A DNA stretch of 64,000 nt from an uncultured Candidatus Peregrinibacteria bacterium (GTDB taxonomy: Bacteria; Patescibacteriota; Gracilibacteria; UBA1369). A program made the position numbers and the translations under genes. Within the stretch, counting starts at the first letter, position 1, and the number at the start of each line of letters is the position of its first letter. A model generated the notes under the pieces. The model had not been told where the DNA came from, ran no database searches, and saw nothing but the letters and a program-made list of their open reading frames with translations. Where the stretch lies: NCBI GenBank assembly GCA_937858825.1, contig CALMAI010000002.1:2759-66758 (forward strand), read 5' to 3'. Positions 1-11,900 of the stretch are shown in pieces.

Positions 1-2
1 AA

Positions 3-326
3 CTTTCCGGTGGGCAGCGACAACGGGTGGCTATTGCCCGGGCAATTCTGAGTAATGCCAAAATTTTAATCCTTGATGAAGCGACCAGCAGCCTTGATAG
101 TGAGTCTGAGATGTTGATTCAAAAGGCTCTGGATAACCTGGTGAAAAATAAAACAACTATTGTTATCGCGCACAGGCTTTCGACTGTTATGTCGGCGGAT
201 CGGATTTTGGTTTTGCAGGACGGGAAAATTGTTGAGGATGGCCGGCATTCAGACCTGATCAACAAGAAGGGGAGTATGTATGGGAAGATGTGGGATCTGC
301 AGGTTGGCGGCTATATGCAGGACTAG
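3..326 (+). CDS. ABC exporter ATP-binding domain, C-terminal fragment (5' end outside window)
   Basis: Frame 3 reads [14 protein letters not shown] (ABC signature) from nt 3. It is followed by [12 protein letters not shown] (Walker B) and IAHRLST (H-loop). The tail is MsbA/multidrug-exporter-like. The stop TAG overlaps the stop of the convergent gene within a CTAG. Confidence 0.85.
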   Translation, partial: LSGGQRQRVAIARAILSNAKILILDEATSSLDSESEMLIQKALDNLVKNKTTIVIAHRLSTVMSADRILVLQDGKIVEDGRHSDLINKKGSMYGKMWDLQVGGYMQD

Positions 327-787
327 TATTGAGCCTCCATCTGGTCGAGCATTTGTAATACCAGAGGGATCTGGTCTTGTTGGCCGTTGCGGGTCATTTC
401 ATCGATGATTTGCTGCCGTGATTCGCGAAGGATTTGTTGGGTCATTTCGTCGGAAACATTGGAATTTACGGTACTGTTCGTCACGCTATAAGTTGGCATT
501 TGGAAGCTGTTTTCGGTGGTTACCTCGAAATTACTTTCTGTCGTGATTTCTGGCTCTTCGATTATCGGTTCTTCCACAATAGATTCTTGGTCCTCCTGGT
601 CATAACGGCTTTCGTATGGGAATCCAAGCTCTCCAGAAACTTCAACCATGAAATCATCCCAAAAGTTTTTGATATGCGGCCAGGCACTAAAAATACCAAA
701 AGCAATGGCGCCAACAATAAGAATGAGGACAATACGTCCGCGATCGTTTTTTACGCCAGGTGGAGTGACGGGATTATATTGGTTCAT
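323..787 (-). CDS. hypothetical single-pass membrane protein
   Basis: 154-aa ORF with one hydrophobic helix ([18 protein letters not shown]) near the N-terminus, followed by an acidic, low-complexity tail. No recognisable domain. Confidence 0.45.
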   Translation of the reverse strand: MNQYNPVTPPGVKNDRGRIVLILIVGAIAFGIFSAWPHIKNFWDDFMVEVSGELGFPYESRYDQEDQESIVEEPIIEEPEITTESNFEVTTENSFQMPTYSVTNSTVNSNVSDEMTQQILRESRQQIIDEMTRNGQQDQIPLVLQMLDQMEAQY

Positions 788-907
788 GGGATTTTAGAAA
801 TTTATTAATTTTATTGTATCATAAAAGGGATTTGTCATTCTTGCTTATTGACATAGGCTATAAATCTATTAAAATAAACATCCTTATATGTCACTAATTT
901 TTCATCA

Positions 908-1588
908 ATGCAGGGTTTAGTTGATGCTTCCGAACATCTAGGAGAAAAAGAGGAAAAGGAGTCTGTCCAGGAATCACATGAGGAGAATGTGGAAGAGGAA
1001 CTGGTGAATGAGAGAGATGAAATATCTGGACAGGTGGACAAGCTTTTTGTTCCTTCAAAAGAGGAACAGTTGGCCAAACTTATTGAAAAATTTTCTTCTG
1101 TTGGGCGATTTGCCCGATGGGCAAGGGATAAATACAGAGATTTGAGTGGGATTTCTTCGAAAATTTTAGACAATTTAGGCGAGTACTCTTTTGTTTTGAT
1201 CGACGATGATCTTCACAACCATGTCGCTTTTGTTCCGGGTCTTATTGCTCATAGCAGAGAGGCAACGGGGATTCTTTACAGGGGCAATATTCCTGTGGAA
1301 GAGCTTCTTCGGCAGCTTCAGGAGTTTCATCCGGACTTTGTGTTGGTCGATAATGATTTAAGAAGAAATATGAATGGTCCACAAATTGTGGAAGTTCTCA
1401 ATGATTTGTTACCAGAAACTCAATTTATTGGTTTCTCTGATAATCGTAGTCTAGCGGATCTGAAAGAACAGTTTCAAAAGGCTGGAGCCATTGGTTATGT
1501 TGAAAAGCGAAACCTTGGTATTGATGATGTTCAGATGACCATTGAGTCTTTGGCCGGGTTTATTGGTCGTCTGAAGAAGAAAGAGTAA
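908..1588 (+). CDS. stand-alone CheY-like receiver domain protein with acidic N-terminal extension
   Basis: All receiver landmarks are in the expected order: VLIDDD (beta1 acidic pair), DFVLVDNDL (phospho-acceptor Asp), FIGFSD (Ser/Thr), GYVEKR (Lys). No output domain is present. The first ~100 aa are Glu-rich. Confidence 0.6.
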   Translation: MQGLVDASEHLGEKEEKESVQESHEENVEEELVNERDEISGQVDKLFVPSKEEQLAKLIEKFSSVGRFARWARDKYRDLSGISSKILDNLGEYSFVLIDDDLHNHVAFVPGLIAHSREATGILYRGNIPVEELLRQLQEFHPDFVLVDNDLRRNMNGPQIVEVLNDLLPETQFIGFSDNRSLADLKEQFQKAGAIGYVEKRNLGIDDVQMTIESLAGFIGRLKKKE

Positions 1589-2783
1589 AAATCCGCTCGC
1601 GAATGGTTTCTTTAAGGGGTTCAAGGCCTTCTTTTTTGTATGTTGATACAAAGCACGGAGTGTACTTTTTGTATTTGCGGGCAAGGGCAGCTTGGTTTTT
1701 TGTGTGGGGAATATCGGTTTTATTGAAGACGTAAATGGATGGTTTGGTGAGTACGTCTATTTGTGCGAGAATTTCATTCACCGTTTTAATTTTATCGTTC
1801 ATTTTTGGATCAGAAATGTCGATGACATGGAGAAGAAGATCGGCTTCAATGGTTTCTTCCAGTGTGGATTGGAATGATTTAATGAGTTGTGGGGGCAGAT
1901 TTTGGATAAACCCGATGGTGTCAGAGATCAGTACTTCGCTTGGTGGTCTTTGGCCAAAGTTGGGTTGAAGAGGGGCATGCTGGCCGGCGCTTTTTTCCTG
2001 GAGTGTTTTTGGAGGAAAAACCAGTTTTCCTACGCGGGTGTCGAGCGTGGCAAAGAGCTTGTCGGCAGCCATGGCGCCTTTTCCGGTGAGGGTATTGAGA
2101 AGGCTGGTTTTTCCGGCATTGGTGTAGCCGATAATCCCAACGGTTTTCAGGTTTTTGCGTTTGCGGCTTTTTCTGTGCAGTTTGCGGACTTTACGGCACT
2201 TTTCCAGATCTTTTTTAATGCTCTGTTCCATCTTTTTTAAGTGACGGCGCATGAATTCGATATTGGTTTCTCCTCGTCCTCTGGTTCCGATTCCTCCAGC
2301 CTGACGTGAAAGTTCAATTCCCATACCAAAGATACGCGGCCCCATGTGTTTGATACTGGCTAACTCAATCTCCAGTTTGGCTTCTTTGGTGGATGCGTGT
2401 TTTTGGAAAATTTTGAGGATAAGATCAATGCGATCCCAAACCTTGAGATCATGTTTACGGATTTTTTCGCTTAGATTGTATGTCTGGCGAGGTTTGAGTT
2501 CGTTGTTGATGATGATAATGTTGGCCTTTTTGTCTTTCCCGGCGGTTTTATTTTCTTCAATGATTTCGTCGATTTTTCCGCTGCCAAGATAGGTGGCATA
2601 GTTGGGAATCAGTTTTTTCTGGATCTTTTTCACCAGAACGACACCACCATACGTCTTAATCAGGTTTTCTGCCTCTAATATACGATACTCTGCCTCTTCC
2701 TGTGAGAGGTTTGGTGGTATGCAATCAATGAGGATAGCTTTGAGCACGGTTTTTGATCGTTTTAAAAAAAAATCTGGCACCAT
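1560..2783 (-). CDS. hflX: GTPase HflX
   Basis: G1 motif GYTNAGKTSLLN, DTIGFIQNLPPQLIKSFQSTLEE (HflX-typical G3/switch region), NKTD (G4), and an N-terminal HflX domain. 29-nt convergent overlap with the receiver gene. Confidence 0.85.
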   Translation of the reverse strand: MVPDFFLKRSKTVLKAILIDCIPPNLSQEEAEYRILEAENLIKTYGGVVLVKKIQKKLIPNYATYLGSGKIDEIIEENKTAGKDKKANIIIINNELKPRQTYNLSEKIRKHDLKVWDRIDLILKIFQKHASTKEAKLEIELASIKHMGPRIFGMGIELSRQAGGIGTRGRGETNIEFMRRHLKKMEQSIKKDLEKCRKVRKLHRKSRKRKNLKTVGIIGYTNAGKTSLLNTLTGKGAMAADKLFATLDTRVGKLVFPPKTLQEKSAGQHAPLQPNFGQRPPSEVLISDTIGFIQNLPPQLIKSFQSTLEETIEADLLLHVIDISDPKMNDKIKTVNEILAQIDVLTKPSIYVFNKTDIPHTKNQAALARKYKKYTPCFVSTYKKEGLEPLKETIRERIFTLSSSDDQ

Positions 2784-2829
2784 GCTTGATGATGCCAGAT
2801 TTTTGATTCTTTATCGAGGCGAAAGCGTC

Positions 2830-3267
2830 TTATTTTTCGCAGAGTCCGCAGTGTCCTCCTACGTTCCCCATGAGAGCGAAGTTCATACCAAGGGCGAAAA
2901 GAGCCAGATCGGCATACATTCCAGCTATACCCTGAGAGAACCCATCGCCAAATCCTTTTGATTTTACGAGGATGATTGCTCCGAGCATGATGAGGGCAAT
3001 AATTCCACCACTCAAACGTGTGAGCATACCTTTTGCGTCTTGTGAGGCGATAAGTTTTCCAACAATGATACCAATACCGGCACCAAGCTCACCAAGAGCG
3101 ACGAGCCATGCAACGATTTCCGGGAGTCCCATTGATTGGGCAAATCCTGGAACAGTGAAGATGAAGATCTTCATGTATGAGGCATTGAGGAACACTATTG
3201 CCAGCACTAAACGCATGATCCATGATGATGCTTGAGCGCATTTGCACCCAGCTTGTGAATCTTTCAT
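2830..3267 (-). CDS. DoxX-family membrane protein
   Basis: 145 aa with four hydrophobic helices. DoxX-like pattern: LRLVLAIVFLNASYMKIF ... GLPEIVAWLVALGELGAGIGIIVG. Confidence 0.6.
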   Translation of the reverse strand: MKDSQAGCKCAQASSWIMRLVLAIVFLNASYMKIFIFTVPGFAQSMGLPEIVAWLVALGELGAGIGIIVGKLIASQDAKGMLTRLSGGIIALIMLGAIILVKSKGFGDGFSQGIAGMYADLALFALGMNFALMGNVGGHCGLCEK

Positions 3268-3344
3268 AAAGAATAAGATTAAAGGATTATTAAACTAAGC
3301 GGTATTGTAGCATTTGCGACCTTGAAAGCTCAACAACAGATTTC

Positions 3345-3388
3345 AAAAAGAGCCTGCGATTTTCATCACAGGCTCTTTGAATTTTTTG
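3345..3388 (-). terminator. rho-independent terminator downstream of rpsG (works in both orientations)
   Basis: aaagagcctg (3347-3356) pairs perfectly with caggctcttt (3369-3378). T-tracts flank the hairpin on both strands. Confidence 0.5.
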
Positions 3389-3401
3389 TGCGTCAGTTGC
3401 T

Positions 3402-3854
3402 TTAGTAACGTGCGTAGTGAGCAAAAGCCTTGTTGGCAGCTGCCATTTTGAGCGTGTCTTCCTTCTTCTTTACAGCTGCTCCTTCTCCGTTAGCGGCATT
3501 CAAAAGTTCGGTTGCGAGCTTTTTTGCCATTGGAGAACCCTTTCCAGACCGGGCTGAACCAATGATCCATCGGAATGCGAGTGCAATCTGACGGTTTGGT
3601 TTTACTTCAACCGGAATCTGATAAACCGATCCACCAATACGTTTTGCCTTTACTTCCATGTTTGGCTTCACGTTGTCGACCGCGCGTTGGAACACTTTTT
3701 CCGGATGTTGATCCTTTTTGGAAATGATTCCAAAAGTGTCTTTAAAAATGCGTCGCGCAGTGTTCTTCTTTCCATCGTTCATCAGGTAGTTGATGAATTT
3801 TTCCTGGAGTGGAGAAGAGTTTTCTGGAATGTGTGTGCTTCTTTTTTGAGGCAT
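3402..3854 (-). CDS. rpsG: 30S ribosomal protein S7
   Basis: Full-length S7 signature, including [19 protein letters not shown] ... [10 protein letters not shown] ... [33 protein letters not shown]-like C-terminus. Confidence 0.95.
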   Translation of the reverse strand: [150 protein letters not shown]

Positions 3855-3875
3855 ATGGAGGTTTAGAAGTTAGCT

Positions 3876-4289
3876 CTATTTCTTTGGTTTCTTAGCACCA
3901 TAGCGTGAACGTCCCTGTTTTCGGTCGTTTACACCTTGTGTGTCCAGCTTTCCACGGATGATGTGGTATCGGACACCTGGTAAATCTTTCACTTTTCCGC
4001 CACGAATCATTACAACCGAGTGTTCTTGAAGGTTGTGACCTTCACCTGGGATGTAGGCATTTACTTCAACACCGTTGGTAAGTCGTACACGAGCGTACTT
4101 TCGAAGCGCTGAGTTCGGTTTCTTTGGTGTCATAGTGGTTACCTTCAGGCAAACACCACGTTTCTGTGGAGAAGGGGATTTTACAGATCGATTCTTCAAA
4201 GTGTTGAAGGTGGTCTGCATAGCCGGAGACTTACTCTTTTTAGTCTTGTTCTGGCGTCCTTTCCGAATGAGTTGATTGATTGTTGGCAT
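3876..4289 (-). CDS. rpsL: 30S ribosomal protein S12
   Basis: [12 protein letters not shown] ... [59 protein letters not shown] is canonical S12. Confidence 0.97.
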   Translation of the reverse strand: MPTINQLIRKGRQNKTKKSKSPAMQTTFNTLKNRSVKSPSPQKRGVCLKVTTMTPKKPNSALRKYARVRLTNGVEVNAYIPGEGHNLQEHSVVMIRGGKVKDLPGVRYHIIRGKLDTQGVNDRKQGRSRYGAKKPKK

Positions 4290-4376
4290 ACTGTTTTATG
4301 TGTTAGAGATCACACTTTCGTGCGATCTGGCTTGCCTACTTTACAGAAATGGTTGTAAAAGTGCAAGCCAATTTTA

Positions 4377-7300
4377 CTAGATAATGGCAAACTGACGTTC
4401 ATCCTCTTCAGAAGTTTCATCCTCTGCTATTGGGGCTGGAGGCATATATTCTGGATTGAGCTTCTTGTAGGTCTCTCCTGCAGGAATAAGCTTACCGATG
4501 ATAACGTTTTCTTTGAGTCCTTCAAGGTTATCGATGCGGTTGGTGGTTGCTGCTTCAACCAATACACGGATGGTTTCCTGGAAGGAAGCGGCAGAGAGCC
4601 AACTATCGGTACAAAGAGAAACACGTGTAAGTCCGAGGAGGAGACGATCACCCTTGGCAATTCGTTTTCCATCCTTTTCAAGTTCCCGGTTTACCTCTTC
4701 AAACCGCATAATGTCGGTCATTTCTCCTGGGAGGAATACGCTGTCACCAGCGTCAAGGATTCGCACCTTTGAAAGCATTTGTCGGGCAATAATCTCGATA
4801 TGCTTGTCGTTAATGGTTTGTCCCTGTGAAGCGTAGATGCTCTGTACTTCGGTCATGATGTACTTCTGAACGGTGTAGAGATCGGTGAGCTTCATGAGTT
4901 CACGTAGGTTGAAGTGTCCTGTGGTAAGGGCCTGTCCCTTGTTTACCGTCTGGTTGTTTTGAACCTTGAGGGTTCGACCAAATGGAATGTCGTAGGTTTT
5001 TTCTACGTTTCCTTCACTTACAACGGTGACCATATCTTCTGATGCGTCCTTAATCTTTCCTGGACTCTTGGTTCGGATAACGCTCTTATTGTGCTTGTTT
5101 TTGGCAAGAACATCCTTTTCTTTTACGATATCACCCTTCTTCACAATGACTTCGTAGTCAGAAGTGATGTCGTACGCATCTTCAACCGGTTCTTCAGAGA
5201 TGAGTGTGATTTCTGTCTTTCCACCCTTTCGTGAAACTTTCACTTTTCCATCGATCTCTGCCAAGAGAGCAGGGCTCTTAGGAGTTCGGGCTTCGAAGAG
5301 CTCTTCTACACGGGTAAGACCCTGTGTAATATCACCTTCACCGGCTACACCACCCATGTGGAAGGTACGCATAGTAAGCTGCGTTCCTGGTTCTCCAATA
5401 CTTTGAGCGGCGATAATTCCGACGGCTGTTCCAACTTCAACAGTGTCGTTAGTTCCAAGGTCTTTTCCGTAACATTTTACGCAGATTCCACCCTTGGTTT
5501 GGCAGGTCATAACTGATCGGACCAGAACCTTATCAACGTTGTGATCGGTAATGGCTTTAAGGACATCTTTGTCGATCTCTTTGTCGGCTTCGGCAACGAC
5601 TTCACCAGACTTTTCGTCGGCGACTGCCTGAGCCAATACACGTCCGTAAATGCGGTGTTCAAAATTTTCACCAATCTGTTCACTCTCTTCACGAGTTACT
5701 TCGTGAGCAAAGCTTGATCCGCAATCGTCTTCACGGATAACAACGTCTTGTACAGCATCCACCAGACGACGTGTGAGGTATCCGGCTTCCGCTGTCTTAA
5801 GCGCTGTATCGGACTTACCTTTACGTCCTCCGTGTGTCGCGATGAAGTATTCAAGAATGGTAAATCCTTCCTTAAGGTTGGATTTAATTGGGAGTTCGAT
5901 TGTTCGTCCGGCTGGATTGGCAACGAGTCCCTTCATTCCGCAGAGCTGGGTGATCTGTCCCCAGTTACCACGCGCTCCAGAGTTGATCATGTAGTGAAGA
6001 TCGTTTTCGTCGTCGATACTTCCGATCATTGAGGTTGTGATGTCAGATTTGGCTTGTGACCATACTTTAATGGTGTGGTTGTAGCGTTCGTCGTCAGTGA
6101 TGAGACCCTTGTTGAAGAAGTCCTGAATCTTTTTGATGGCTTCAGATGCATCGTCGATGATTTTGTCTTTTTCTCCAGGGATAACCATGTCGTCCTGTCC
6201 GATTGAAAGTCCTGATCGGGTTGCGAAGAGGAATCCAATACGTTTGAGTTCGTCAGCAACACGTGACGTGATGGCATTACCACATTTTTCGAAGCAGTCT
6301 CCCACGAGTCGACCAAGTTTTTTCTTGTCGATGGTTTCGTTCAGATAGCCAATCTCTTTTGGAAGGAGGCTGTTGAAAATGATTCGTCCAATAGTGGTTT
6401 CTTTGAGTTCTGCTTCTTCTCCTTCGCCAACACGTGCGACGATAGGGGATTGAAGGTCTACATAACCCATTTGGTACGCCATCATGGCTTCGTTAACGTC
6501 GGCGAATTTCATACCTTCACCAGCTTTTCCTTCGGTCAATTTGGTGAGGTAGTAGCATCCCAAAACCATATCTTGTGTTGGGGTGATAATTGGATCACCG
6601 GCTGATGGTTTGAGAAGGTTTGCTGTTGAGACAATAATTTCGTGTGCCTCTTTTTGCGCTGATTGTGAAAGTGGTACGTGAACCGCCATCTGGTCACCAT
6701 CGAAGTCGGCGTTGAAGGCCGCACAAACGAGTGGGTGAATCTGAATCGCTTTACCTTCTACCAATACTGGTTGGAAGGCCTGAATACCAAGACGGTGAAG
6801 GGTTGGAGCACGGTTCAAGAGAACGTGTCGGTTCTTGGTTACTTCTTCCAGGATATCCCATACCTCTTTCTTACCAGCCTGGATCAGTTTTTCGGCATTC
6901 TTAATGTTGTGTGCGTATCCGTCACGGATCAGTTTTCCAATAACGAATGGCTTGAAGAGTTCAAGCGCCATAGTTTTTGGAAGTCCACATTGGTTGAGTT
7001 TGAGTTTTGGTCCAACTACGATTACTGAACGTCCAGAGTAGTCCACGCGTTTACCAAGAAGGTTTTGTCGGAAACGTCCCTGCTTACCTTTAAGCATGTC
7101 AGAGAGGGATCGGAGTTTTCGTTTGTCTCCACTGTTGAAGACAGTTTTTCCTTGGCGTGCGCTGTTATTTAAAAGGGTGTCGACCGCTTCCTGAAGCATA
7201 CGTTTTTCGTTTCGGCAGATTACTTCCGGCGCTCCAATAGCCATCAATCTCTTAAGACGGTTGTTACGGTTGATAACACGTCGGTAGAGGTCGTTGAGGT

Positions 7301-8249
7301 CAGATGCGGCGAATCGTCCACCATCCAACTGAACCATTGGTCGAAGGTCTGGTGGGATAACCGGTAAGACGGTCATAACCATCCATTCTGGTTTGATACC
7401 TGCTTTGAGGAGGCTACCAGCCAGTTTGATTCGTTTGATGATCTTCTTTTGCTTTTGTCCGGAAGCTTTCTTGAGGTTTGACTGAAGTTCGTCGATGAGT
7501 TTTTCAAGATCCAGGTTTTCGATGATCTGGCGGATTGCTTCTGCCCCGATTCCGGCTTTAAAAATTTGTCCAAACTTGGTGGACATGTCCCGGTATTCCA
7601 GCTCAGAAAGGATGTGTCCGATCTTGAGGTTGTCCAGATCGCTCTTGGCTTGTTTGTGCTGTTCATCGAGCTCTTCTACACGGAGAGCCAACTCTTTTTG
7701 TGCTTCTTCGTTGCCTCCTTTGTACTCATCCTGGAGTTTTTTGCGGAGTGTCTTGTACTCTTGTGTCAGCTGTTCTTTGGCTTCGTTTTTTGCTTCTTCG
7801 TCCAGTTCGGTCACGATGTATGCAGCAAAGTAGATGACTTGCTCGATCGCTTTAATTGGAAGGTCGATCAAAAGTCCAATACGGCTTGGTGTTGATCGGA
7901 GGAACCAGATGTGGCTGACCGGTACAGCAAGCTTAATGTGAGCCATGCGGTCACGTCGAACGCTTGATCGTGTTACTTCCACACCACACTTTTCACAAAT
8001 GACACCTTTGTATCGGATTCTTTTGTATTTTCCACAGTAACATTCCCAGTTCTTGGTCGGTCCAAAGATTCTTTCGCAGAAAAGACCGTCTCGTTCTGGT
8101 TTCTGTGTACGATAGTTAATGGTTTCAGGTTTTTTTACTTCTCCGTGTGACCAGGCCAGAATCTCTTCTGGAGAGGCAACAGAGATAGAGATGGAATCAA
8201 AGTAGTCAAGCTGGTTGACCGTTTGTTTCTCTTGGGTTTGTTGAGCCAT
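4377..8249 (-). CDS. rpoC: DNA-directed RNA polymerase subunit beta'
   Basis: 1290 aa. Zinc-binding [23 protein letters not shown], catalytic [12 protein letters not shown], and bridge-helix/trigger-loop regions are all recognisable. Ends with TAG. Confidence 0.98.
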   Translation of the reverse strand: MAQQTQEKQTVNQLDYFDSISISVASPEEILAWSHGEVKKPETINYRTQKPERDGLFCERIFGPTKNWECYCGKYKRIRYKGVICEKCGVEVTRSSVRRDRMAHIKLAVPVSHIWFLRSTPSRIGLLIDLPIKAIEQVIYFAAYIVTELDEEAKNEAKEQLTQEYKTLRKKLQDEYKGGNEEAQKELALRVEELDEQHKQAKSDLDNLKIGHILSELEYRDMSTKFGQIFKAGIGAEAIRQIIENLDLEKLIDELQSNLKKASGQKQKKIIKRIKLAGSLLKAGIKPEWMVMTVLPVIPPDLRPMVQLDGGRFAASDLNDLYRRVINRNNRLKRLMAIGAPEVICRNEKRMLQEAVDTLLNNSARQGKTVFNSGDKRKLRSLSDMLKGKQGRFRQNLLGKRVDYSGRSVIVVGPKLKLNQCGLPKTMALELFKPFVIGKLIRDGYAHNIKNAEKLIQAGKKEVWDILEEVTKNRHVLLNRAPTLHRLGIQAFQPVLVEGKAIQIHPLVCAAFNADFDGDQMAVHVPLSQSAQKEAHEIIVSTANLLKPSAGDPIITPTQDMVLGCYYLTKLTEGKAGEGMKFADVNEAMMAYQMGYVDLQSPIVARVGEGEEAELKETTIGRIIFNSLLPKEIGYLNETIDKKKLGRLVGDCFEKCGNAITSRVADELKRIGFLFATRSGLSIGQDDMVIPGEKDKIIDDASEAIKKIQDFFNKGLITDDERYNHTIKVWSQAKSDITTSMIGSIDDENDLHYMINSGARGNWGQITQLCGMKGLVANPAGRTIELPIKSNLKEGFTILEYFIATHGGRKGKSDTALKTAEAGYLTRRLVDAVQDVVIREDDCGSSFAHEVTREESEQIGENFEHRIYGRVLAQAVADEKSGEVVAEADKEIDKDVLKAITDHNVDKVLVRSVMTCQTKGGICVKCYGKDLGTNDTVEVGTAVGIIAAQSIGEPGTQLTMRTFHMGGVAGEGDITQGLTRVEELFEARTPKSPALLAEIDGKVKVSRKGGKTEITLISEEPVEDAYDITSDYEVIVKKGDIVKEKDVLAKNKHNKSVIRTKSPGKIKDASEDMVTVVSEGNVEKTYDIPFGRTLKVQNNQTVNKGQALTTGHFNLRELMKLTDLYTVQKYIMTEVQSIYASQGQTINDKHIEIIARQMLSKVRILDAGDSVFLPGEMTDIMRFEEVNRELEKDGKRIAKGDRLLLGLTRVSLCTDSWLSAASFQETIRVLVEAATTNRIDNLEGLKENVIIGKLIPAGETYKKLNPEYMPPAPIAEDETSEEDERQFAII

Positions 8250-8308
8250 AAGGGTGGAGATAAATTATTGTTGGGAGGGTTGTGGTGAGGCGTTGGCCTC
8301 AATTGTTG

Positions 8309-8911
8309 TTAGAGACCAAGGTCTGAATCGATGTCGATTGTTCCGCTTCCGCTGTCTGATGCGGTTGCGACAGGTTCTTTCTTTTCTTCTTGTGGTGGTT
8401 GTTCTTCCTTCATCGGTTCTGCTGCAGCTTCTGTTGATGTTTCAGCAGCTGGTTGTTCAGCGGGAGCCTCTTGAGGAGAGCTTTCAGGAGCTGAGCTTGA
8501 TGGGGCTTCCGATGAAGAGGTATCCATCGTTTCTTCAGAAGATGAAGTTTCTGCATAGTCCATTTCGTCTTCACCTTCACCACGCTTGTCGAGCATGATC
8601 ATGTCCTGGACAACGATCTCTGTTCGGAACTTCTTTACGCCTTCCGGAGTTTCCCAGTTACGGGTTTTAAGATATCCCTCAACGTATACAAGTTTTCCTT
8701 TCTTGAGATATTGTTCACAGATTTCTGCGAGTTTTGCCCAGGCGACAAGGTCGTGGTACTCAACAGAGTTCTGTTTGCGTCCGTCTTTGGTGGTCCATTC
8801 ACGGTTGGTGGCGAGGCCAAAGGTGGCAACGCTCTGTCCGTTTGGAGTTTCACGCATTTCAGGGTCGCGGGTGAGGTTTCCGATAAGAATGACTTTGTTA
8901 ACGCTTCTCAT
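8309..8911 (-). CDS. ssb: single-stranded DNA-binding protein
   Basis: N-terminal OB fold (MRSVNKVILIGNLTRDPEMRETPNGQSVATFGLATNREW...). This is followed by a long acidic/Ser/Pro linker and the acidic tip TIDIDSDLGL. The gene lies between rpoB and rpoC with 44-nt and 59-nt gaps and no hairpin. Confidence 0.9.
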   Translation of the reverse strand: MRSVNKVILIGNLTRDPEMRETPNGQSVATFGLATNREWTTKDGRKQNSVEYHDLVAWAKLAEICEQYLKKGKLVYVEGYLKTRNWETPEGVKKFRTEIVVQDMIMLDKRGEGEDEMDYAETSSSEETMDTSSSEAPSSSAPESSPQEAPAEQPAAETSTEAAAEPMKEEQPPQEEKKEPVATASDSGSGTIDIDSDLGL

Positions 8912-8955
8912 AATTGATTAATAGTTAGAAATTCAAATGTCGCTGTACGACGGGG

Positions 8956-11900
8956 TTAGGCTTCCAGCTCTTTTTCAAGCTCTTCTGCTTCTGCGATCTC
9001 TTCTTCTGTTGGTTCATCTTCATCAGATTCTGACTCGTCGTCAGCTGGGAGCTCTTTTTCACTCATGGTTTCTGGATCGACCCCTTCTTTTTCAAGGTTT
9101 TCGGCCAGATTCTCATCGAGCTCGTCTTTTTCGCTGACTGAATCTTTCATTGCTGCTTCTTCTTCCAGACTTTGTTCAATGGTGTACTCTTCTTCTTCGC
9201 TGGCAAGCATTTCTGTTTTATCAGTCTGAAGGAGTTTTACACTGAGTCCAAGACTCTGGAGCTCTTTCACCAAGACGTTGAACGATTCTGGTGTTCGAGG
9301 TTTCTTAATGGTTTCACCCTTCACAATAGATTCGTACGCTTTGGCACGACCATAAACGTCATCGGACTTAATGGTGAGCATTTCCTGAAGTGTGTGAGCC
9401 GCTCCGTAAGCTTCGAGCGCCCATACCTCCATTTCTCCAAAACGCTGTCCTCCATGTTGGGCTTTACCTCCGAGTGGCTGTTGTGTCACCAATGAGTAAG
9501 GTCCAACTGAACGCGCGTGGATCTTGTCTTCAATCAAGTGGCTGAGCTTCATGATGTAGGTAATACCAACGGTTGTTTCTCGGTCGAACTGTTCTCCAGA
9601 GAGACCGTCGTAGAGGCGTACTTTTCCGTGTGTTGGGAGTTCAGCTTCTTTAAGGAGTTCGGTAATTTGTGCTGGGCTAATACCGTTCAATGCTGGTGTA
9701 GCAACGGTGATTCCCATTTTCTTGGCTGCCCACCCAGCATGTGTTTCCAGGATCTGACCAATATTCATACGGCTGGATACACCGAGTGGGTTGAGGATGA
9801 TGTCGACTGGTGTTCCGTCAGGCATGAATGGCATGTCTTCCTGTGGAACGATAATCGAGATAACACCCTTATTTCCGTGACGTCCCGCTACTTTATCTCC
9901 AATAGAGATTTTTCGGGTTTGAGCCACGTTAACTTTAATTTGTTGGTTTACACCGGTTGGGAGTTCGTCTCCGTTCTTTCGTGAGAAGATCTGCACGCCG
10001 ACGACTTTTCCTCCTTCACCTCCTGGGAGGCGGAGAGATGTGTCTTTGACGTCGCGGGCCTTGTCTCCGAAGATGGCGCGGAGGAGGCGTTCCTCTGCGG
10101 TTAGTTCTGTTTCTCCCTTTGGAGTAATTTTACCAACAAGAATGTCTCCTTCGTGCACGGTTGCACCGATTCGAATGATTCCGTTGTCGTCCAAATCTTT
10201 CAATCGGGCTTCACCAACATTTGGGATGTCTCGAGTAATAACTTCCGGTCCAAGTTTGGTATCACGCATGTCGATGGTGAATGTTTCGATGTGAACAGAA
10301 TCGAAGATTCCATCTTTCACCACACGGTCTGAAATGATGACCGCATCCTCGAAGTTGAATCCCTGCCATGACATGTATGCCACGAGAAGGTTTTGTCCGA
10401 GCGCTACTTCACCCTTGTCGGTTGCAGCACCGTCAGCAAGAATGTCTCCACGTTTTACTTTTTGTCCTTTCACAACGAGTGCTCGCTGATGAATACAGGT
10501 TCCCTGGTTACTTCGTTGATATGTATGAAGTTTGTAGGTGGATTTCTTACCGTTTTTGTAGAGCACAACAATCTGTTCCGCATCAACATACGAGATGGTT
10601 CCATCTTCTTCGGCGAGGACTACTTGTCCGCTGCTCTTGGCAGCCAACTCCTCCATACCGGTTCCTACTACAGGAGCTTTTGGAGAGATGAGCGATACTG
10701 CCTGACGTTGCATGTTTGAACCCATGGATGCACGGGTATTGTCATCGTGCTCAAGGAATGGAATCAACGCGGTTGTTTCTGAAATAATCTGTTTTGGAGA
10801 GACGTCCATGTGGGTTGCCTCTTTTGCGTCGATTACTGTCGCTTCGCTATCGACACGGGCGGATACTCGTGGAGTCATGATCTGTCCAAGTTTGTCGAGT
10901 TCGGTATTGGCCTGAACGATTACGAGATCTTTTTCTTCGTCGGCGTCGTAGTATTTGATGTCATCCTTTACATATGGAATGACTGGAATTTCGTCGAGGC
11001 CAGATTTTTCGAGTTGTTTTGCGAGTTTTTCGTCGATAACGGTTCCAGTTTTAGCAAGGAGTTTTCCTTTTGAATCTTTCACTGGGGCTCCAATAGTTCG
11101 TCCTTCGAGCTCAGAAGCTTTTGCTGGAGCGGTTTGTTGTACCTCGCGGAATGGAGTTTCAATAAATCCGTATTCGTTTACACGAGCGTAGGTTCCAAGG
11201 TGGACAACAAGTCCAATGTTTGGTCCTTCTGGTGTAGAAATAGGACAGATACGACCATAGTGAGATGGATGCACGTCACGAACGTCAAACGATGCACGTT
11301 CACGTGAAAGTCCACCTGGTCCCATCGCAGAAAGACGACGTTTGTGGGCCAGTTCCGCAAGTGGATTGGTCTGGTCCATGAACTGTGACAGCTGTGAGCT
11401 GGCAAAGAATTCACGGAGTGCCGCTGTTATTGGACGAGAGTTCACCAATTGGGTTGGTGTCACGGTCTCAAGATCCATAACGGTCATACGGTCTTTTGCA
11501 ATTCGGTCGGTTCGAAGAAGTCCCACGCGGAACTTGTTCTGTACCAGTTCTCCAACGGCACGAACACGTCGGTTTGAGAGGTGATCGATGTCGTCTGGTC
11601 GTTCTTGTCCGTTGTTGAGTTTGATCAAGTGCTTGAGGATGTAGACCAAATCAGAAACCTGGAAAGTGTGATTCTCTTTCTTGTTTGGCACATCGATTTG
11701 GAAGCGCTTGTTGAGTTTGTATCGCGCTACTGGTCCCATGTCGTATTTTCGATAGTCGAAGAACATGGACTGGATGAGTGACTTGGCATTTTCTGGTGTT
11801 GCCAGGTCTCCTGGGCGGATTTTCTTATAAATGTTTTGGTATGCTTCATCTTCTGTCTTGGCACCGTCTTTATCCAATGTGTTTTGGATGAAATCTTTTT

